Assembly (NCBI GenBank): GCA_016842005.1
Contig: JAENYD010000001.1
Span: forward strand, 22,261-86,260
From: Clostridium thermobutyricum
GTDB taxonomy: Bacteria; Bacillota; Clostridia; Ch29
DNA length: 64,000 nucleotides
Direction of reading: 5' to 3'
The notes under the pieces are model-generated. The model worked only from the letters and a program-made list of their open reading frames with translations. It was not told where the DNA came from and did no database searches. This document shows positions 57,707-64,000 of this stretch, in pieces; position 1 is the first letter of the stretch; the number at the start of each line of letters is the position of its first letter. A program made the translations under genes and the position numbers.

Positions 57707-59101
57707 TCATTCTATGACTATGACGGCGCCGCTTTGAGTGTCCATCCAGTTATAGAGGAATTCTGCGTGACTGGTATAATTGCGCACGCACATACTGGAA
57801 CGGGGAAAGGTGCCGATGGTCTGGAGATATTCTATAGGACCGGGGTCCACCCTCTTGCCGTCCTTCTCCTCATATGCCACCGGAACGCCGTGGATATAGG
57901 CTCCACCGGTAAAGCGTACGGCAAAGGGCGCATAACCCGCTATATACTGGGTGTCTTTTTTCAGATACTCAAAACGGTCTCTTTTTTCAATGGCCTTGTA
58001 ACTGCCAAGGGTGGTCTCAAAGGAGAAATCTCCCGGTAACCCGGTTGTGCACAGGGTATATGAAATAAGGTTGAGGCCATTTTCACCGACCTCGAAGGCA
58101 GCCTGGTTCTGTTGATTTCTGTCCACTACAACCACATGTTTCAGCCGGCTTAGTATAGCATCCGGGTCGATGTACTTCTTGGGTATGTAATAATCTCCGC
58201 CAAAAGCAGGAACATTGACATGATAAAACTCATCAGTCTCATCAAGTATCCTTACCAGCATACCGTCCGGTATATACCGGAAGTTGCTGTTCGTATCCGC
58301 CCGCTCATAGGCAGGAGCACTGTGATAAACCCTGTATCCGTACTGGTCCACTGCGGCGCCTCCTTTTGAAGGGGGTGCCCCGTTCTGATTCTTATAGTTA
58401 CTGACAAAGTGCAAGGCTCCCTTGTCCACCTGCTGCTTCAGACTGTTTACCGCATCCTGCATCTTGCCGAATCTAAAGGTCCTGGGAGTACCTTCGCTTG
58501 AATGAAGATAGCCCTCGATTATTTTACCACCATTCTGAAACCCAATCCTGTACCAAATCTTCGAACCTTTTATCTCTTCACTTTCCACCCTCTGGAGCAG
58601 CGACGCCTTGTCCAGGTTCTCCAGCCGTGCGACGACGGTGGTGCCGGGTGCCGGCTTCTCCCGGACGTCAGCGCCATCCTCCGCTGTTACGAGGAAATAA
58701 TCGTAGGAGAAGTCATATAAGTCATACCGGACTGCATCATTTATCCCCTGAGGCAGGGTGGTGTTATATTCATGGAGTACGGTGTTCATCTTCTTGGAGC
58801 CAATCTTTTTAAGCATTTGTGCTTTCTGCTGTCTGCTAAGCCCTGATATTCTGCCCTTTCCATCCCGCTGGGCGGTTTGTGTAGCCCTCAGGTCATCTTC
58901 GATGCTGAGACCGTTAATATTCTCCTCCACAGCTTCCTTGTCCGATTTGGCCAGTCTGTCCTTCCTGACCTGGTCGGTCTGCTGCCCCGGGGCGGGTATA
59001 TCCTTGGGTGGCGCGATTCTGCGGTTTACGCAGCCTGTGGCTGTAACCAATATTATACCTATTAATAGCAGACTGATTTTCCTGTACATGCGCATCCCCA
59101 A
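57707..59101 (-). CDS. L,D-transpeptidase (YkuD domain) lipoprotein with SH3-like repeats
   Basis: 464 aa. It has a lipobox (VTATGC), central SH3b-like segments, and a C-terminal YkuD block ...GGAYIHGVP...PRSSMCVRN. Confidence 0.85.
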   Translation of the reverse strand: MGMRMYRKISLLLIGIILVTATGCVNRRIAPPKDIPAPGQQTDQVRKDRLAKSDKEAVEENINGLSIEDDLRATQTAQRDGKGRISGLSRQQKAQMLKKIGSKKMNTVLHEYNTTLPQGINDAVRYDLYDFSYDYFLVTAEDGADVREKPAPGTTVVARLENLDKASLLQRVESEEIKGSKIWYRIGFQNGGKIIEGYLHSSEGTPRTFRFGKMQDAVNSLKQQVDKGALHFVSNYKNQNGAPPSKGGAAVDQYGYRVYHSAPAYERADTNSNFRYIPDGMLVRILDETDEFYHVNVPAFGGDYYIPKKYIDPDAILSRLKHVVVVDRNQQNQAAFEVGENGLNLISYTLCTTGLPGDFSFETTLGSYKAIEKRDRFEYLKKDTQYIAGYAPFAVRFTGGAYIHGVPVAYEEKDGKRVDPGPIEYLQTIGTFPRSSMCVRNYTSHAEFLYNWMDTQSGAVIVIE

Positions 59102-59555
59102 TCTAACGTTTTTTGTTACTTATCCTAGATATATCTTTCTCAATAAACCCCATTTTTATGTGTTTTGGGGAAGCACGCAGACATATACACTTCTTCAGGA
59201 GATTATAGAGGGAGGGAGTTACATCCAATAACATTTGTAGCACCCACCTGACTCAGGTATGGATGAAGGGCTTAAGGCAGAGAACCGGAAACCCTGCGGT
59301 TATATGTTTCTCCGGTTCCAACGGTATTCATGGATTTTTTAATGTTTTATTATTCTCTATCTGACCCTGGATCTTTATACAATTCTTCTTTGCTTTCTGC
59401 TACATTTATTCGGCCTTCTTTTAATTGTTTAAATCTCCTGGTATGGTTCTTACTTATTAGCAATAAATTATTTCCGTTTATAAATATTTTATTATTGATA
59501 AACAATAATATTTTTATTATAATTGATTTATAAACTGTTTGCGAGGTGATTTTTC

Positions 59556-60002
59556 ATGAAAAAAAATAAATCTATTGCTCCGTTTTTAAAAGTTTTGTTG
59601 AACTTTGTCTTTTATTTGGGGATATTTGTCACAGCAGTGTTAAGTATCTTTTCTGTCGGTACAGTCCAGACTATGATAATCAAAATTAGTGTAATGTGTA
59701 TATTCTTAACTGCCATTCATTACCTTCGTAAAATTGTTGACACGGTTATTAAAAAAGAGCCTTTTCTCCCGCAAAATGTTAATAGGTTCAAGAGAATTGG
59801 ATATTTAATTTTTACTCTTGGATTTATAGATATTATTTCAAATTTTAATAATAGTGAAGGCTCTTTGATTATAGGTACTCCTTACGGCAATATCCACACC
59901 AGTGTATTGCTATATTTTGTAATAGGCGGTATGGCATTTATTCTTTCAGAGGTATTCCAGTCAGCTATTCACATCAAAGAAGAAAATGAGTTAACAATCT
60001 AA
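59556..60002 (+). CDS. DUF2975-like four-TM membrane protein
   Basis: 148 aa with four TM segments. It is followed immediately by a YozG-type HTH gene, the usual partner of DUF2975 proteins. Confidence 0.6.
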   Translation: MKKNKSIAPFLKVLLNFVFYLGIFVTAVLSIFSVGTVQTMIIKISVMCIFLTAIHYLRKIVDTVIKKEPFLPQNVNRFKRIGYLIFTLGFIDIISNFNNSEGSLIIGTPYGNIHTSVLLYFVIGGMAFILSEVFQSAIHIKEENELTI

Positions 60003-60015
60003 TGGAGGTCTTATA

Positions 60016-60222
60016 ATGCCAATAATAGTAAATCTCGATGTTATGATGGCAAAGCGCAAAATATCCCTCAATGACCTTGCAAACAAGGTTAACATCACTA
60101 ATGCCAATCTATCTATCCTGAAAACCAATAAAGCCAAAGCAATAAGGTTTTCTACATTAGAGGCAATATGCAGAGAACTGGATTGCCAGCCGGGGGATAT
60201 TCTTGAATACAGAGAAGAATAG
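60016..60222 (+). CDS. XRE-family (YozG-like) HTH transcriptional regulator
   Basis: 68 aa: MPIIVNLDVMMAKRKISLNDLANKVNITNANLSILKTNKAKAIRFSTLEAICRELDCQPGDILEY. Confidence 0.85.
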   Translation: MPIIVNLDVMMAKRKISLNDLANKVNITNANLSILKTNKAKAIRFSTLEAICRELDCQPGDILEYREE

Positions 60223-60489
60223 AAACTTTATTATTCCGTACTAACCTCTGACTTGGGCTTGAGTGAAAGGCCCGGGTCAGAGAAGCATAGACCCTGCGGT
60301 TTATCCTGAATATCGTATATTGTACAAAGTTTTTACATTGCCTTTTAAATAAAATAATATCCCGCATCATCCTGCCAGGCGACGTTATTGCACGATAATC
60401 ACAATTTTTTATTTATAGGGTTATATTGGAATAATTTAGATGATATAATCATAACAGCACTATAAAATAAAAATTTGGGAGGATTTCCC

Positions 60490-62010
60490 ATGAAAAGATT
60501 ATGTGTTTTACTGGCCATTTTAATTATCATCAGTGTGCCTGTACCATCCTTCGGGATGAACCATCCTGTATATGTTACCAAAGCGGAATTCATCAGAGAT
60601 ATTATAATAGCCGCAAATATCGATGTCAGTGAAGCCTCAGAATCATTCTTTGAAGATGTAACAAGCCCTGATTATATCCCTTACATAGAAACCGCTTATG
60701 AAAAGGGGATTATCTCAGGATACGGTAAAACCTTCAACCCGGATGCAAATATAACCAAGGAGCAGGCTGTAGCAATCATTGTGAACACCTTTGGAGAAAA
60801 GACTGCATTAAAAGAAATATCCCAGGAAGATATCGACAGGACCCTCAGTTTTTCAGATCAGCCGGATATATCCGGGTGGGCGAGACCCTATATCGCATAT
60901 GCATTGGATACAGGTTTAGTAAAGGAAGATAGCAACACCTTCCATCCCCGGGCACCTCTCGCCGCTGACCAGGCAGAGGGCCTGATCTCAGAGGCAAAGA
61001 GTGCTTATGAGATTCTCTTTACCCGCGAAGGTCTATCCGCTTCCGAGATGATGATGCTTGCCACCGAAAGTAGTAATTCTTACAATACCTATAAGCAAAA
61101 GGGTACAATGACAATGAACATGCAGATGAAGATAGATGGTTTGCCGCAGGAAGAAATAGACAGCAATCCGGAAATTGCAGCACTTCTTGATGAAGGTATA
61201 GACATGAACATGTTAATAGACATGGACATACACGTCCAGACTCCTGACAAGGTCTATATTAAAGAAATAGTTAAATCGGAGGCCTTAGAGGAAGACATGG
61301 AGCAGGAGATTGAAATGTTCATGGATGGTACTATTATGTATACCAGAATGGCTGATGCTGATAAGTGGATGATGCAGGATATCAGTCCTATCATGAATAT
61401 GCTACAATCGGTATCAACCAATGACCCCTACACAATGTCACAGATTTCGGATGATGAATTGGACTTCTTCAAGGAATATGCAAGATTTGGCGAGGATGTG
61501 GAACTGGATGACAGGGCATATTATGTGATACATATCAGCATTGACAAGGATACTTATAGAAAGTATATCATGGAGGCCATGGAAAAGACTATGGATTTAG
61601 TGTTAGAAATGCAGGCTGGAACTGCGCAGTTTCAGGAAGACCTTGTCATTGACCCGGACCAGTATGAGCAGATAATGATGCAGCTAATAAGCCAGATAGA
61701 GATTGAAACCGAATATAAGTTTTACATTGACAAAGAAACCAAGGACTTTGGAAAAATGTGGATCTCCCAGGATGCCTATCTGGCAATGGATCAGCTCATA
61801 TCAACCATCGGGGCAACCGTTGAAGAGGTTGAAGTAGGTGGTGAAGAAGATATTCCGGATTTTGATATCGATATAATAGCCCATACCGAAGGTGAATTTA
61901 TCTATTATGACTTTGATCAACAATTAGACTTCCCTGAAATCGGACCCGAAGATATTATGGAAATTGAACAGCCCTTGCAAAATGAACAGCCCTTACAGAA
62001 CGAAAACTGA
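60490..62010 (+). CDS. Secreted SLH-domain protein with acidic Met/Asp/Glu-rich C-terminal domain
   Basis: It has a signal peptide from the ATG at 60490 (GGGAGGA 6 nt upstream). Two SLH-like repeats are seen: FEDVTSPDYIPYIETAYEKGIISGYG, and FSDQPDISGWARPYIAYALDTGLV. The track ORF begins at a TTG at 60475. Confidence 0.75.
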   Translation: MKRLCVLLAILIIISVPVPSFGMNHPVYVTKAEFIRDIIIAANIDVSEASESFFEDVTSPDYIPYIETAYEKGIISGYGKTFNPDANITKEQAVAIIVNTFGEKTALKEISQEDIDRTLSFSDQPDISGWARPYIAYALDTGLVKEDSNTFHPRAPLAADQAEGLISEAKSAYEILFTREGLSASEMMMLATESSNSYNTYKQKGTMTMNMQMKIDGLPQEEIDSNPEIAALLDEGIDMNMLIDMDIHVQTPDKVYIKEIVKSEALEEDMEQEIEMFMDGTIMYTRMADADKWMMQDISPIMNMLQSVSTNDPYTMSQISDDELDFFKEYARFGEDVELDDRAYYVIHISIDKDTYRKYIMEAMEKTMDLVLEMQAGTAQFQEDLVIDPDQYEQIMMQLISQIEIETEYKFYIDKETKDFGKMWISQDAYLAMDQLISTIGATVEEVEVGGEEDIPDFDIDIIAHTEGEFIYYDFDQQLDFPEIGPEDIMEIEQPLQNEQPLQNEN

Positions 62011-62091
62011 GCCTGCTGATTGCATCTCCTTGATATAAAATAGATGTTCCCGGTCATAAAAAAATGGATGCACCTTGTTCCGGAAAATAAT

Positions 62092-62123
62092 AAACCCTGG
62101 GGCATGAACAGCTCCGGGGTTTT
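62092..62123 (+). terminator. Intrinsic terminator after the SLH-domain gene
   Basis: AAACCCTGG...CCGGGGTTT stem followed by a T-rich tract. Confidence 0.5.
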
Positions 62124-62161
62124 GTTCCCTTTCATGCAACTGTATACTGAAGTGGTATAGA

Positions 62162-62527
62162 TTATACCTTAGGCTCTTCACAATTGGGATTATCACTGTT
62201 CTTCATTATTTTACCCCAGTCAGCCAGTGCCTTAAGAGCCGGAATGAGATTTTCCCCATTATCGGTCAACGAATACTCTACCCGCGGCGGTATCTCCATA
62301 AACTGCTTGCGATTTACAATACCATTGGATTCCAGTTCCTTCAGGGATTGGGTCAGCATCATGCTGGTAATACCATCAATACTTCTTTTTAATTCATTAT
62401 ACCGCATGGTTCCATTTTTACTTAATGCCCAGATTATTGGCAGTCTCCACTTTCCGCCGATAAGGTTCAGGGCAAAGGTTAACGGACAGCTGTCAAGCCT
62501 GTTTTTATACAATGACTGATTGCTCAC
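62162..62527 (-). CDS. HxlR family transcriptional regulator
   Basis: 121 aa with the HxlR wHTH pattern CPLTFALNLIGGKWRLPIIWAL...RYNELKRSI. Confidence 0.9.
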   Translation of the reverse strand: MSNQSLYKNRLDSCPLTFALNLIGGKWRLPIIWALSKNGTMRYNELKRSIDGITSMMLTQSLKELESNGIVNRKQFMEIPPRVEYSLTDNGENLIPALKALADWGKIMKNSDNPNCEEPKV

Positions 62528-62670
62528 AATATCACTCCAATACTCAGTTTTTGCTTACTTGGACATAAAATACTGCATACTTGTTATAATCATTGTAACT
62601 GATAAAATAATATCGAAAACTGATTGATTAATCAAATGGGTTTTTCAACTTTCCGGAAAGGGAGATCAAT

Positions 62671-62787
62671 ATGAGTATCCATTATGAAGTTGTTTCGGAG
62701 GATAATATTAGTTGCATTAAGGATTTGTGCAACGATTTGATGACCTATCAAAAATCCAAGGCATATATACATAAGGTTTCAAAATAA
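62671..62787 (+). pseudogene. Possible N-terminal stub of a GNAT acetyltransferase
   Basis: The 38-codon ORF MSIHYEVVSEDNISCIKDLCNDLMTYQKSKAYIHKVSK* looks like a GNAT N-terminus cut short. Support is weak. Confidence 0.3.
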
Positions 62788-62899
62788 GTCACCGGATACT
62801 GGACGGGTTTATTACAGTCTTGAGGAATGGTTAAGCCCTGGGCAGATATATATCCAAAGTCTGAGCCCTGTTAAATATTAATGAAAGCGGGGAGGAATA

Positions 62900-63331
62900 A
62901 TGAAAGTCTTTACTATCGGATTTACAAAGAAAAATGCTGAAGAGTTTTTCGAGCTGCTGATTAATAACAATGTAAATAAAGTACTGGATATCAGACTGAA
63001 TAACACATCCCAACTGGCCGGCTTTGCAAAGGGAAACGACCTGAAATACTTTTTAAAAACAATCGGAAATATTGAATATGAACACAACACCCGTCTGGCT
63101 CCCACTAAAAAGCTCATGAATGATTACAAATCCAACCTGATAGACTGGGAAGAATTTGAAGTAATATTTAGGGAAATTCTGAAAGAAAGAGATGCAATAA
63201 AACAATTGGACCCGGAAAAGCTGGACCATGCCTGTTTTTTATGCAGTGAGGCTTCACCTGCTCATTGCCACCGGATATTGATAACCGAAGAAATCAGGAA
63301 TATAACTGATTGTGAAATCATCCATTTGTAA
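62900..63331 (+). CDS. DUF488 family protein
   Basis: 143 aa: MKVFTIGFTKKNAEEFFELL...VLDIRLNN...CFLCSEASPAHCHR, typical of DUF488. Confidence 0.75.
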   Translation: MKVFTIGFTKKNAEEFFELLINNNVNKVLDIRLNNTSQLAGFAKGNDLKYFLKTIGNIEYEHNTRLAPTKKLMNDYKSNLIDWEEFEVIFREILKERDAIKQLDPEKLDHACFLCSEASPAHCHRILITEEIRNITDCEIIHL

Positions 63332-63433
63332 TAATCCTGATACGAATGTTATACTTAAACAGAACAAATCTTACGTGCAGGATATGGAGATAAACAGCAC
63401 TACAAAGTAAAAAAACAGCTGGGAGGGGTTGAA

Positions 63434-64000
63434 ATGAATTATAAAGAGGTGCTGGAGAATGCAAAATCCAGAATAGGATCAAAGTGCAGGGTCTGCCGGG
63501 AATGCAACGGCATAGCCTGCAGGGGGGAACTGCCCGGTATGGGAGGCAAGGGCACCGGCAGCAGCTTTATCAGGAACGTTGAAAAGCTGAATGAGATTAA
63601 GCTGAACATGGATACCATATATGAATTCAAAGATGTGGACACTTCCATAGAGCTGTTCGGGAAACAGTTCAGCTTTCCTGTATTTGCCGCTCCCATAGGG
63701 GGACTCAATCTGCATTACGGCGATTTCTACAATGATGAAGAGTATACACGGGCTATTGTACAGGGCTGCAGGAAAGCAGGCACTGCGGGGTTTACCGGGG
63801 ACGATATCAAAGATGAAAAATACGAAATGCAGCTGAAATCGGTTTCGGAAGCGGGAGGATGGGGTATACCCACAATAAAGCCATGGGAAAAGGAAGAAGT
63901 AAAGGCTAGGATAAAGAAAGCAGAAGCTGCAGGGGCTTTTGCCGTAGCAATGGATATAGATGCAGCGGGTCTGACCACCCTTGCACTTCTGGGCAAACCC
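63434..64000 (+). CDS. FMN-dependent alpha-hydroxy-acid dehydrogenase/oxidase family protein, 3' end cut by window edge
   Basis: The gene runs off the right edge, so it is not in the track. My translation from the ATG at 63434 (GGGAGGGG upstream) is MNYKEVLENAKSRIGSKCRVCRECNGIACRGELPGMGGKGTGSSFIRNVEKL...FPVFAAPIGG... Confidence 0.7.
   Translation, partial: MNYKEVLENAKSRIGSKCRVCRECNGIACRGELPGMGGKGTGSSFIRNVEKLNEIKLNMDTIYEFKDVDTSIELFGKQFSFPVFAAPIGGLNLHYGDFYNDEEYTRAIVQGCRKAGTAGFTGDDIKDEKYEMQLKSVSEAGGWGIPTIKPWEKEEVKARIKKAEAAGAFAVAMDIDAAGLTTLALLGKP

Noticed and set aside
61963-62004. Tandem EQPLQN EQPLQN duplication at the C-terminus of the SLH protein
   Set aside because: It is a trivial 18-nt in-frame duplication in a low-complexity acidic tail, with no further structure.

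Overview
Chromosomal segment that looks like a spore-forming Clostridia-class Firmicute. This is inferred from tig-clpP-clpX-lonB-lon-engB synteny, a T-box leader, an SLH-domain protein and small sporulation-type proteins. No database search was possible. Layout: (1) 1-12.2 kb is one co-directional minus-strand cas gene string. It carries a type III-A module (cas6-like, cas10, csm2-5, CARF-HEPN csm6) followed after 42 nt by a type I-B module (cas6, cas8b/cst1, cas7, cas5 cut by the window edge). I saw no CRISPR array and no cas1/cas2/cas3 in the window. (2) 12.2-13 kb is transposase debris. (3) 13-21.4 kb is a sugar-acid cluster: Ldh_2 oxidoreductase, two SDRs, a TRAP transporter, kdgK, eda and an IclR regulator. 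(4) 21.5-23.6 kb is T-box-controlled cysK-cysE. (5) 24.1-36.7 kb is a LysR-headed organic-acid operon: TctCBA transporter, PrpD-like protein, fumarate-lyase-family enzyme, malic enzyme, FumC, a LarA-like racemase and a split UxaA/SuyAB-like dehydratase. (6) 36.8-38.9 kb is an IS630-like element with a frame-broken transposase and a passenger gene. (7) Next come an Fe-ADH, a heavily decayed M28 peptidase, an OCD-family gene, a peculiar C-rich repeat array, a CAP-domain protein, a patatin and a DMT transporter. (8) 46.6-55.2 kb is housekeeping: engB-lon-lonB-clpX-clpP-tig-tRNA-Gly. (9) 55.4-64 kb holds small DUF proteins, decayed crotonase/VapC fragments, an L,D-transpeptidase, a DUF2975+HTH pair, an SLH protein, HxlR, DUF488 and a partial FMN-dependent dehydrogenase. 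The items most worth a second look are: the unassigned polycarboxylate operon with the LarA-like/SuyAB-like pair; a ~155-180 bp near-identical inverted repeat pair bracketing 19.7 kb, with one copy wedged between the T-box terminator and cysK; the 24-nt C-rich hairpin repeat array at 43.5-43.75 kb; a Cas10 with no HD dipeptide; and the IS630 element with a passenger gene. Coordinates of non-coding features are hand-derived and may be off by a few nt.
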